Source: Dehalococcoidia bacterium | Lineage (GTDB): Bacteria; Chloroflexota; Dehalococcoidia; Lucifugimonadales; UBA3495 | Length of the DNA stretch: 64,000 nucleotides | Reading direction: 5' to 3' | Assembly: GCA_030740155.1 (NCBI GenBank) | Contig: JASLXV010000080.1 | Coordinates: 32,001 to 96,000 of the forward strand | Shown here: positions 44,401 through 53,168 of the stretch, in pieces | How the letters are laid out: each line of letters starts with the position of its first letter | Numbering within the stretch: position 1 is the first letter of the stretch | Translations under genes and position numbers: made by a program | The notes under the pieces: model-generated | What the model was told of the DNA's origin: nothing | Databases searched by the model: none | The model's input: only the letters and a program-made list of their open reading frames with translations

Positions 44401-45525
44401 ATGGTACTGGAGTCAGGAGAGATAACGAGAGAAGGCGTTGAGCGGCTGAAGGCCCGGTTGGGTTCTTTCAACCGGCCCCGACAGTACGGCGTGGGCCTGT
44501 TCAACGAGCAGGCAAGCCAGGATGCAATCCGCCATTTCTGCCAGGGGATCGGCGACCAGAACCCTCTTTACTGGGACCTGAGCTACGGTCACGGCACCAA
44601 GTACGGCACCATACTCGCTCCCCCGTGTTTTCTCTACAGCGTCTATTGGACCTCGGGGCGCGTTGGCGGGCTGCCCGGCGTCCACGGCTTCCACGCCGGC
44701 AACGACTGGGAGTGGTTCCGGCCCATCCGTCTGGACGACAAGATTTCGGTGCAGGAGCAGTTTACCGGCCTGGAGGAGAAGGAGAGCCAGTTCGCCGGGA
44801 AGATCTTGATACAGTCCAGCGTGAGCTACTACTATAACCAACGGGGTGAGGCCATCGCCAAGACCCGTGGCTGGCAGATTCGCGCCGAGCGCAGCGCCGC
44901 TCGGGAACGGCGCAAGTACAAGTTCGAACCTTACACCTACTCGCGCGATGAGATCGCGGCTATTCAGGAAGCCGTGCTGGGTGAAGAGATCCGGGGGAAC
45001 AACCCCCGCTGGTTCGAGGACGTGAACGTGGGCGACGAGCTGAAGCCGGTGGTCAAAGGCCCCATGAGCCACGGCGACATCACCGCCTTCGTGGCCGGCT
45101 GCATCGGAGGCATCTCCCACGGAATCCAGCTGAACGAGATGCTGCGGCACCCGTCCTGGGGATTCACCGACCCCAGCACCGGCGCCCTGGAGGCCGTCAT
45201 CCGCGTCCACGACATCAAGGAGGCGGCGGACAGCGCCGGGCTTCCCGGAGCCTACGACTACGGCTGCCAGCGCTGCTGCTGGATGGGCCATCTGCTGACC
45301 AACTGGGTAGGAGACCATGGGTTCGTGAAGAAGATGTACGTCGAGCTGCGGCGGTTCAACGTCCTCGGCGACACCACCTGGTGCAAGGGGAAAGTGACCG
45401 GCAAGCGTGAGGAGAACGGGGAGCACTTGGTGGACATGGACGTTTGGGGAGAAAACCAGCGCAAGGAAGTCACCATGAAGGGCACGGCCACCGTCCGGCT
45501 GCCGTCCAAGCTGGCGGCCTGGTAG
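44401..45525 (+). CDS. MaoC-like double hot-dog dehydratase/hydratase
   Basis: IRHFCQGIGDQNPLY in the N-domain; WFEDVNVGDEL, VH..AADSAGLPGAYDYG and GDTTWCKGKV in the C-domain. Confidence 0.85.
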   Translation: MVLESGEITREGVERLKARLGSFNRPRQYGVGLFNEQASQDAIRHFCQGIGDQNPLYWDLSYGHGTKYGTILAPPCFLYSVYWTSGRVGGLPGVHGFHAGNDWEWFRPIRLDDKISVQEQFTGLEEKESQFAGKILIQSSVSYYYNQRGEAIAKTRGWQIRAERSAARERRKYKFEPYTYSRDEIAAIQEAVLGEEIRGNNPRWFEDVNVGDELKPVVKGPMSHGDITAFVAGCIGGISHGIQLNEMLRHPSWGFTDPSTGALEAVIRVHDIKEAADSAGLPGAYDYGCQRCCWMGHLLTNWVGDHGFVKKMYVELRRFNVLGDTTWCKGKVTGKREENGEHLVDMDVWGENQRKEVTMKGTATVRLPSKLAAW

Positions 45526-45559
45526 GGCAAGCCCCTTCGTTTCCCAGCGTCAGAAAATC

Positions 45560-45597
45560 AAGGAGTTGGCTGGGCTGTTCTGCCCAGCCAACTCCTT
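45560..45597. terminator. Perfect 16-bp hairpin between convergent genes (terminator or repeat)
   Basis: AAGGAGTTGGCTGGGC-TGTTCT-GCCCAGCCAACTCCTT. Confidence 0.6.
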
Positions 45598-45688
45598 TGT
45601 CGATAGTATCCGGACGCGCCCGCCCAGTGGCGCGATCGATCTTTTCGGGAACGGCCTGGCCTCCAGGGCACTCGCCAGCGAGTTGGGG

Positions 45689-46873
45689 CTACAGCCCGAA
45701 CCGCTCCGCCGCTCGGGCGAAGCCTTCCATCGCCCCTTCCAGCACCCGGTCTTCCGTGCAGTACGAGATGCGGAAGTAGCCCGGCGTGCCAAACCCCCGG
45801 CCCGGCACCACTAGGACGTTCCACTCCAGCAGAGCGTTCACGAAGGCCACATCGTCCTCCAGAGGCGACTTGGGAAACAGGTAGAAGGCTCCCTGGGGCT
45901 TCACCACCGAGTACCCCAACTCGGTGAGGTGGGCGCACAGATAGTCGCGTTTGCGCTGGTATCCCGCCACGTCGACGCTGACCCCCTGGAGGGCCCGTAC
46001 CACGTGCTGCATCAACGCCGGGGCGTTGACGAACCCCAGCGTGCGGTTGCAGAAGGTCAAGCCGTCCACCAGTTCCTCCTGCTGCAGATAGGCGGGGTTG
46101 ACGGCGATGTAGCCGATGCGCTCGCCGGGCAGGGCCAGGTCCTTGGCGTGGGAGTTGACCACGATGGTGTTCTGGTAGTGGGGGAACACCTGGGGGTACG
46201 ACAGGCCGTCGTAGATGATGCGCCGGTACGGCTCGTCGCTGATCAGGAAGATTTCAGTGCCGTGCTCCTCTTGCTTGCGTTGCAGCAAACCGGCCAGTTT
46301 AGCCAGCCCAGCGGCCGGGTAGACGGCCCCCGTGGGGTTGTTGGGCGAGTTGATGATGACCGCCCGGGTCTTCGGCGTGACGGCGGCCTCGATGGCCTCC
46401 AGGTCGGGCTGAAAGTCCGGGCCGCTGGACACCGTGACCGCCACCCCGGCGTGGTTGTCGACGTAGAAGCCGTACTCCACGAAGTAGGGCGCCAGGATGA
46501 TGACCTCTTGCGCCGGGTCGAGGATGGTCTTGAGGACCACGTTCAGGGCCGCCGCAGCCCCGCAGGTCATCACGATATGGCCGGCGGCAAAGGGTAGGCC
46601 GGTCTCGTCTTTCAGGCCGTCGGCCACCGCCTGCCTGGTCTCCGGGTAGCCGGCGTTGGGCATGTAGCGGTGCATTCCCTTGACGGGGTGCTCGGCCAGG
46701 CGGCGCAACTCTTGGACGAACAGCTCCGGGGGCTCCACCACCGGGTTGCCCAGAGAAAGGTCGAAGACCTTATCTTCGCCGTGCTGGGCTTTGAGGGCGA
46801 TGCCGGACTCGAACATCCGGCGAATCCACCCCCCCTGCTCCACCAGGCCCCGGACCTTCTGTGACACTGCCAT
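45689..46873 (-). CDS. Pyridoxal phosphate-dependent (aspartate-type) aminotransferase
   Basis: DLSLGNP, INSPNNPTG, SDEPY and SHAKDLALPGERIG; ATG 46873 after GGAGG. Confidence 0.9.
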   Translation of the reverse strand: MAVSQKVRGLVEQGGWIRRMFESGIALKAQHGEDKVFDLSLGNPVVEPPELFVQELRRLAEHPVKGMHRYMPNAGYPETRQAVADGLKDETGLPFAAGHIVMTCGAAAALNVVLKTILDPAQEVIILAPYFVEYGFYVDNHAGVAVTVSSGPDFQPDLEAIEAAVTPKTRAVIINSPNNPTGAVYPAAGLAKLAGLLQRKQEEHGTEIFLISDEPYRRIIYDGLSYPQVFPHYQNTIVVNSHAKDLALPGERIGYIAVNPAYLQQEELVDGLTFCNRTLGFVNAPALMQHVVRALQGVSVDVAGYQRKRDYLCAHLTELGYSVVKPQGAFYLFPKSPLEDDVAFVNALLEWNVLVVPGRGFGTPGYFRISYCTEDRVLEGAMEGFARAAERFGL

Positions 46874-46942
46874 ATCGTGACCCCTCCAGGGAATAAGTAC
46901 GCTTCCAATATCTGCCAAAGTGGTTAGTTCTTTAGGAGGGGT

Positions 46943-46978
46943 CTGGGGGACCCTTTCTTCCAAGAAAGGGTCCCCCAG
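46943..46978. repeat. Long perfect palindrome downstream of lipB
   Basis: CTGGGGGACCCTTTCTT-CC-AAGAAAGGGTCCCCCAG; a related degenerate copy lies at about 12947-12995. Confidence 0.65.
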
Positions 46979-46997
46979 CATCCCCAGCTATCGAATC

Positions 46998-47672
46998 TCA
47001 GCTCAAAGCGGCCGGGTCCGCTTCCACCATCCGGAACCCCATGCCCTTACCGAACTGGTAAGCCACGCTGTACTCCACCATCTCCATCTCCACCTCCTCG
47101 CCCAGAAGCCGGGTCATGGAGGTCACCGGCCGGTCCTCGATCCCACAGGAGACGATGTGATCGTAGTAGGACAGGTCGGTGTTGACGTTGATGGCGAAGC
47201 CGTGGTACGCGACACCCCGGCTGATTCGCACGCCGATGGCCGCTATCTTGGCGTCTCCCACCCATACGCCGGTCAGTCCCGGCTCGGGACCGCCCTGAAT
47301 CTCGAAATCGGCCAGCGTGTCGATGATAATCCGCTCCAGGGTCCGGACGTACTTCACCGGGCCTCCCCATTCCCGAAGGTCCACCACCGGATACCCCACC
47401 AGTTGCCCCGGCCCGTGGTAGGTGACCTGGCCCCCCCGGTCGGTATCGTAGATGGAGATGCCCTTTGCCCTGAGCTGATCGGGGGTCAGCGAGATGTGTT
47501 CGGGGCGGCTGAGACGGCCTCTAGTGTAGACCGGGGGGTGTTCCAGGAGCAACAGGGTGTTGGGTTGTTGCCCACGGCCCACCGACTGTGCCAGGCGGGC
47601 CTGGAGGTCCCAGGCGTGTTTATAGTCGACGTTGCCCGGCCGGACAACCTGGCAGAGGGGAATGGACGGCAC
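46998..47672 (-). CDS. lipB: Lipoyl(octanoyl) transferase LipB
   Basis: EHPPVYTRG, DRGGQVTYHGPGQLVGYP, KIAAIG, HGFAINV and IVSCGI. Confidence 0.95.
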   Translation of the reverse strand: MPSIPLCQVVRPGNVDYKHAWDLQARLAQSVGRGQQPNTLLLLEHPPVYTRGRLSRPEHISLTPDQLRAKGISIYDTDRGGQVTYHGPGQLVGYPVVDLREWGGPVKYVRTLERIIIDTLADFEIQGGPEPGLTGVWVGDAKIAAIGVRISRGVAYHGFAINVNTDLSYYDHIVSCGIEDRPVTSMTRLLGEEVEMEMVEYSVAYQFGKGMGFRMVEADPAALS

Positions 47673-47682
47673 GCCCGAGGCC

Positions 47683-49071
47683 TCAGTAGATGGGGGTATC
47701 GGGACCCATGGATTCCAGCCGCGTCTTCACCGCCTGCATGAAGGCACTGGACTCGGCCCCGTCGTTGATCCGGTGGTCGAATGAAAGACACAGGTTCATC
47801 ATCGACCGTATGGCGATGGCGTCGTCGCGCACCACCGCGCGTTTCAGGATCGCCTCGGTGGTCAGAATGCCCGCTTGAGGGTAGTTGATGATCGGCTGGG
47901 AGACCACGGACCCGAGGGCCCCGGTGTTGTTCAACGTGAAGGTTCCACCTTGGACATCGTCCAGGGTCAGCATCTGCTGGCGAGCCCGATTGGTCAGGTC
48001 ACGGATCGCCCGGGCCAGCCCGGCCACGCTCAGCCGTTCGGCGTCATGGATCACCGGCACGATCAAGCCTTGGGGAGCAGCCACCGCGATGCCCACGTTG
48101 ATCCGCTTCTTCAGGATGATCTTGTCACCGCCCCAGGAAGCATTCAGGCTTGGGTGCTCCTTCAACGATTCCGCGACCGCCTGGACCACGAACGGGAGGT
48201 AGGTCAAGTTCACCCGCTCCCGTTCTTCAAAGTCGTCCCGCACCCGGGTGCGCAGGGCCACCAGGCCGGTGATGTCAGCCTCCACCGTGCTCCAGGCGTG
48301 GGGGATCTGACTCGCGCTGCGGGTCAACGCCTCGGCGATCATCCGGCGCACTGGGGTCAGGGGGATGTGCTCCTCGTCGGTCCCGGCAGCCGGTTTTGGG
48401 GCCGCCTCCGTTGAGGGTGTGGCTGGGGCGGCGGCGGTTGGCGCCGCCGTGACGGGACCGGCTTCCAGGTACTTTTGCACGTCGTCCCGGGTGATGCGGC
48501 CGCCCAGGCCGGTGCCCTGCAGCCGGGTCAGGTCGACGCCATGCTCTTGGACCAGGCGGCGGACCGCCGGGGAAAGCCGGGGAGCCCCAGCCGTGGAGGC
48601 GGCGCTTTCGGTTGAGGCTTTTGCTGGAGCCTCTGTTGAAGTTTCCGGGAGGACCTCTTGTGGAACTTCTGGGGAAGCTTCCGGCGCCGGCCCACCGCCG
48701 GTGGGGCCCACCGGGCGGACGCCCTTGACCAGGTAACCGGTGGTCCCGGCAAGCTTCGCCGCGGTGGGTGCCGGGGCCGCCGGCCGCTCCTCCGCCTCAT
48801 GGCGATGCACCGGGGTGGTCTTCACCGGGATCTCGTTGGTCTCCACTTCGGCGATGGGGGCCCCCATCGGCAGGGTCTCACCCTCTTGGGCCAGTATCCT
48901 CAGCAGCACCCCGCCCACCGGCGAGGGCACCTCCATGGTTACCTTGTCGGTAATCACTTCCACCAGCGGCTCGTAGCGCTCGATGGTGTCGCCCGGCTGT
49001 TTCAGCCACTGGCCGATGGTACCTTCAATTACCGATTCCCCGACGTGGGGAAGCTCGATGGTTACTGCCAA
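47683..49071 (-). CDS. 2-oxoacid dehydrogenase E2 (dihydrolipoamide acyltransferase), branched-chain type
   Basis: Lipoyl domain TDKVTME, E3-binding SPAVRRL..GTGLGGRITRDD and catalytic FDHRINDG. Confidence 0.95.
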   Translation of the reverse strand: MAVTIELPHVGESVIEGTIGQWLKQPGDTIERYEPLVEVITDKVTMEVPSPVGGVLLRILAQEGETLPMGAPIAEVETNEIPVKTTPVHRHEAEERPAAPAPTAAKLAGTTGYLVKGVRPVGPTGGGPAPEASPEVPQEVLPETSTEAPAKASTESAASTAGAPRLSPAVRRLVQEHGVDLTRLQGTGLGGRITRDDVQKYLEAGPVTAAPTAAAPATPSTEAAPKPAAGTDEEHIPLTPVRRMIAEALTRSASQIPHAWSTVEADITGLVALRTRVRDDFEERERVNLTYLPFVVQAVAESLKEHPSLNASWGGDKIILKKRINVGIAVAAPQGLIVPVIHDAERLSVAGLARAIRDLTNRARQQMLTLDDVQGGTFTLNNTGALGSVVSQPIINYPQAGILTTEAILKRAVVRDDAIAIRSMMNLCLSFDHRINDGAESSAFMQAVKTRLESMGPDTPIY

Positions 49072-49087
49072 GAAAACATCCCCCTCA

Positions 49088-50071
49088 TCAGTATGCGGCC
49101 AGTTTGCGCAGAGCTTCGGCTATCTTTTCGGTGTTGGGCAGGTAGGCTTCTTCCAGCGTTTCGGCGAAGGGCATGGTGGGCACATCGGGTCCGCAGAGCC
49201 GGGCAATGGGGCCGTCCAGGTGCTCGAAGGCCTCGCCGGCCACCAAGGCTGCCACCTCGGCACCCACTCCCCCGGTAACGTTGTCCTCATGGACGATGAG
49301 CAGCTTGCCGGTCTTCTTGACCGATTCCAACACCGTGTCTTTGTCCAGGGGCTTCAACGTCCGCAGGTCGACGACCTCGACGTCGACGCCCTCCGGCGCA
49401 ACCGTCTCCGCCGCTTCCAGGCAATAGTGGAGCATCAAGCCGTAGGTGACCAGAGTGACATCACCCCCGGCCCGCTTCACGTCCGCCACTCCGATGGGCA
49501 GGGTGTACTCTTCATCCGGGACCTCTCCCCGGACCTGCCGGTATGTCTTCTTGTGCTCCAGGAAAACCACCGGGCTATTGTCCCGGATCGAGGATTTGAG
49601 CAGGCCTTTGGCGTCGTATGGTGTCGCCGGGGCGACCACCTTGAGGCCGGGGGTATGGAAGAAGTAGGACTCCACGTTCTGGGAGTGGAACAGGCCGCCG
49701 CGGATCCCACCGCCATAGGGAATGCGGACGACCATGGAGGCCAGCACCGCGCCGTTAGTGCCGTAGCAGACCCGGGCCGCCTCTCCGATGAGTTGATTGA
49801 CGGCGGGCCACACAAAGTCGGAGAACTGCACCTCGGCCATGGGCCGCAGGCCGCGGAAGGCGGCGCCCAGCGCGATTCCCATGATGCCGGCCTCGGCCAG
49901 CGGGGTGTCCAGCACCCGAGTCTCGCCGAACTCTTCCAAGAGCCCCTGGGTGGCCAGGAAGACGCCGCCGCGCCGCCCCACGTCCTCACCCAGTACAAAG
50001 ACCGTCGAGTCGCGCCGCATTTCCTCGCGGATCGCCTCCCGGACCGCCTCGATCACGGTTTTGACTGCCAA
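49088..50071 (-). CDS. 2-oxoacid dehydrogenase E1 beta subunit, branched-chain type
   Basis: GEDVGRRGGVF, DTPLAE, EVQFSDF and HSQ. Confidence 0.95.
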   Translation of the reverse strand: MAVKTVIEAVREAIREEMRRDSTVFVLGEDVGRRGGVFLATQGLLEEFGETRVLDTPLAEAGIMGIALGAAFRGLRPMAEVQFSDFVWPAVNQLIGEAARVCYGTNGAVLASMVVRIPYGGGIRGGLFHSQNVESYFFHTPGLKVVAPATPYDAKGLLKSSIRDNSPVVFLEHKKTYRQVRGEVPDEEYTLPIGVADVKRAGGDVTLVTYGLMLHYCLEAAETVAPEGVDVEVVDLRTLKPLDKDTVLESVKKTGKLLIVHEDNVTGGVGAEVAALVAGEAFEHLDGPIARLCGPDVPTMPFAETLEEAYLPNTEKIAEALRKLAAY

Positions 50072-50082
50072 GGTGGCCTCCT

Positions 50083-51141
50083 CTAGGGAGCGTAAACCAG
50101 GTCGTGCAGAGTCGAAGCATCGGGGAGGCCGGCCGCCTCTGCAGCGTCGGTGGCTTCGTTGATGGCTCGGGTCGCCTGGGCTTTGATCTCCTCAACCTTT
50201 TTCGGGGTGAGGGCGCCTTCTTCGATCAGAAGGGCCGCCAGGGTTACAACCGGGTCCCGTTTGCGGGCCAATTCCACTTCATTCGCCGGGCGATACCGGC
50301 GGTCGTCGTCGTCGGTGGTGTGGGGCATGAACCGCTCCACCTTGGCCTCCAGCAACACCGGACCATGTTCCCGGGCGTGCTTGATCGCCTCGCGGGTGGC
50401 CTCGTAGCATTGGACCAGGTCCATCCCATCCACGGTGACGCCGGCGAAGCCGTATCCGGCAGCCCGGGCGGATAAATCCTCGACGGCCATTTGGCTGCTC
50501 TGCGGCACGGAGATGGCGTAGCGGTTGTTCTCGCAGATGAACACGATGGGCAGGCGGTGCACTCCGGCGAAGTTCATGGCCTCGTGGGTCTCCCCTTGGC
50601 TGGACCCGCCGTCGCCAAAGTAGGACAACACCACGGTGTCGTCGCCGAGCATCTTGCAGGCCAGGGCGTACCCCGTAGCCTGGGTCAACCCGGCCCCGAC
50701 CACGTTGGAGATCTGGATAATTTTGTGGGGTAGGTCGGCGCCCTGGAGGGGAAACTGGCGCGCGCCGCTGTACGGGTCCCCCACGCGGCCCATGAAAGAG
50801 AGCATCACCTGAGTCGCCGTAAGGCCGGCGGACATTTTCAAGGCCAGGTCACGGTAGTAGGGAAACATGAAGCATCGGCCGTCCTTTTCCGTGGCCAGCA
50901 AGCTGCCCAGTTGGGCCGCTTCGTGGCCCTGGCAAGAGGCCGCGATGGGCACCTTGCCCTGGCGGTTCAATGCCCAGATCCGTTCGTCGGTGGTGCGAAC
51001 CAGCACCATCTTGGTGTAGCAACTCACCAGGTCTTCGATGCTGATGCCCTCGGGCAGCGCGGCGGACGAATGATCGGCGGCGGCGGCTTTGCCGGGCTGC
51101 TTGGCGGGCTTGGGTTTGGTCCGTGGCATCGCATCCCCCAT
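50083..51141 (-). CDS. 2-oxoacid dehydrogenase E1 alpha subunit, branched-chain type
   Basis: SCQGHEAAQ, PYYRD, TPP motif GDG..ENN and HTTDDDDRRYR. Confidence 0.93.
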   Translation of the reverse strand: MGDAMPRTKPKPAKQPGKAAAADHSSAALPEGISIEDLVSCYTKMVLVRTTDERIWALNRQGKVPIAASCQGHEAAQLGSLLATEKDGRCFMFPYYRDLALKMSAGLTATQVMLSFMGRVGDPYSGARQFPLQGADLPHKIIQISNVVGAGLTQATGYALACKMLGDDTVVLSYFGDGGSSQGETHEAMNFAGVHRLPIVFICENNRYAISVPQSSQMAVEDLSARAAGYGFAGVTVDGMDLVQCYEATREAIKHAREHGPVLLEAKVERFMPHTTDDDDRRYRPANEVELARKRDPVVTLAALLIEEGALTPKKVEEIKAQATRAINEATDAAEAAGLPDASTLHDLVYAP

Positions 51142-51508
51142 GGCTACCTGGAAAACAGAAGTGGGGCCGTCCGGGCGCCCCCTTGGCCCAATCCGGCGCG
51201 ACCAGCCGGTGTGTCCCTTGGCGTACCGGGCCGGTCCCGCGTCAAATGGCGGGTCAGGTGGCGGCTTAGGCGGCCGGTCCGGGGTGACGGCTTTCCCGGT
51301 CTCGTCTTTGGGCTAGCTGCAATTATATATGTCGTTGGCTGCCCCGTAAACCGCGGCCGGCGGCCGGTCCCCAGCCGGCCGGCATACCCCTCTATCTGGT
51401 CAACCGTTGCTCCAAGAAACAAACCTCCCGGAACCCCCGGAAATCTCGTTTTGAATTGGCAAAAAAGACCTTGACAGGTCCCTCTTAGGCGTGACTTAGA
51501 ATCCTGTA

Positions 51509-51656
51509 GTCGAGTCTCGACCCTGCATCGGGGCTTGGACAAACCTCGAAAAGTCTTCCCGTTGACCCCGGACAACTCTTAGATTCGGGTGGGCAACGCG
51601 GATGGAAACGGCCGGCTCAAAGCCTCTTCGGGCGGTCGATTGCAGGACGGACCACT
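51509..51656 (+). ncRNA. Candidate structured ncRNA (6S-like rod) upstream of dnaA
   Basis: Nested pairings CCTGCATCG/CGATTGCAGG, GGGCTT/AAGCCT and GTTGACCCCGGA/TTCGGGTGGGCAAC around A-rich bubbles; TAGAAT -10 at 51497-51502. Identified by eye only. Confidence 0.3.
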
Positions 51657-51782
51657 GCTCCGGTGGGTTGTTTGACGGGGGGAACCCCCCAACCTAATTT
51701 CGATTTCGGGTTGCGCCCATTGTATACTCGCTTGCCTGAAATTTCCGGCCGGAGCCACCGCGGACTCGGAGGCCATTGGACG

Positions 51783-53168
51783 ATGAGGGAGCTAACTACT
51801 CGGGAGGTGTGGAGGGCGGTGCTGGGAGAGCTGCAGCTACAGCTACCCCGGCCGACATTCGAGACATGGTTGAAACAGACCGTGGGGATTAGCTCAGACG
51901 AGCGTTCAATCGTCGTGGAAGTGCCCACCCCCTTCGCCGTGGCTTGGCTGGAGCGCCGGATGTACCAGTCCATCCAGAAGACGGTCGAGAAGGTCACCAG
52001 CCGTCCTCTGGACGTCCAATTCCAGGTGAAGACAGGGGCCGTCGCCCAGTTTGCCGAACCTCAGATGGCGAGCGGGGATTCAGGGATGCTTACCGAAGAT
52101 GAGCTGAGACCGTCTTCGCAGATGCCACCCCGCCAGATGCCGGCCCTCTGTCCCAAATACACGTTCGATACCTTCGTGGTCGGCGCCTCCAACGGGCTGG
52201 CCTACAACGCAGCTCGGGCGGTGGCGGACGCACCCGGCCAAGCTTACAACCCTCTGTTCATCTACTCCGGCGTTGGGCTGGGCAAGACCCACCTGCTTCA
52301 CGCCATCGGCCACGCTTGCGCCAGCAAGGGGTTGTCGGTGCTGTACGCGACATCCGAGCAGTTCACCAACGACTTCATCACCGCCATCCGCAACCGGACC
52401 ACCGAGGAGTTCCGCAGCCGCTATCGCAGTGTCAAGGTCTTGCTGATGGACGACGTGCAGTTCCTCAGCGGCAAAGAGCAGACCCACGAGGGCTTCTTCC
52501 ATACCTTCAACGACCTCCACACATCGGGCAACCAGGTCGTCATCTCCTCCGACCGGCCGCCCAAGTCCCTGGCCCTGCTGGAGGACCGGCTGCGCTCCCG
52601 GTTCGAGTGGGGACTGATCGCCGACATCCAACCTCCCAACCTGGAAACCCGGATGGCCATCCTGGCCTCAAAGGCCGGCCAGCTTGGAATTTCCGTGGAG
52701 GAGAGCATAATCGAACTCATTGCCAAGCGGGTCCAGAAGAACGTCCGGGAGCTGGAGGGGAGCTTGAACCAATTGGTCGCCCTCTCCCAGTTGATGAGTA
52801 CCCCCATCACCCTGGAAACGACGGCGCGCGTCTTGGACGATAAGAGTGCCGACTCGGCCCGCCACGCCATTGACCCGGAGCGGATCATCGACGAGGTCTC
52901 CCGCTACTTCAAGCTGGGCCCTCAAGACATCGTCGGCAGGAGCCGGACCCAGAAGATTGCCCAGGCCCGGCAGGTGGCCATGTACCTGCTCATCTACGAG
53001 TTGGAGTTGTCACCCACCCAAGTTGGACGTTTGCTGGGCGGCCGCGACCACGCCACGGTTATCCACGGTGCAGGCAAGATTAACTGCGGGATCAACGAAG
53101 ACGGTAAGCTGCGGCAGCATGTTCTCATAATCAAAGAGGCCATTTTTACGGTGGCCGCCAGTCGATAA
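51783..53168 (+). CDS. dnaA: Chromosomal replication initiator DnaA
   Basis: YTFDTFVVGASN, YNPLFIYSGVGLGKTHL, DDVQFL, RLRSRFEWGL and RDHATVIH. Confidence 0.98.
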   Translation: MRELTTREVWRAVLGELQLQLPRPTFETWLKQTVGISSDERSIVVEVPTPFAVAWLERRMYQSIQKTVEKVTSRPLDVQFQVKTGAVAQFAEPQMASGDSGMLTEDELRPSSQMPPRQMPALCPKYTFDTFVVGASNGLAYNAARAVADAPGQAYNPLFIYSGVGLGKTHLLHAIGHACASKGLSVLYATSEQFTNDFITAIRNRTTEEFRSRYRSVKVLLMDDVQFLSGKEQTHEGFFHTFNDLHTSGNQVVISSDRPPKSLALLEDRLRSRFEWGLIADIQPPNLETRMAILASKAGQLGISVEESIIELIAKRVQKNVRELEGSLNQLVALSQLMSTPITLETTARVLDDKSADSARHAIDPERIIDEVSRYFKLGPQDIVGRSRTQKIAQARQVAMYLLIYELELSPTQVGRLLGGRDHATVIHGAGKINCGINEDGKLRQHVLIIKEAIFTVAASR

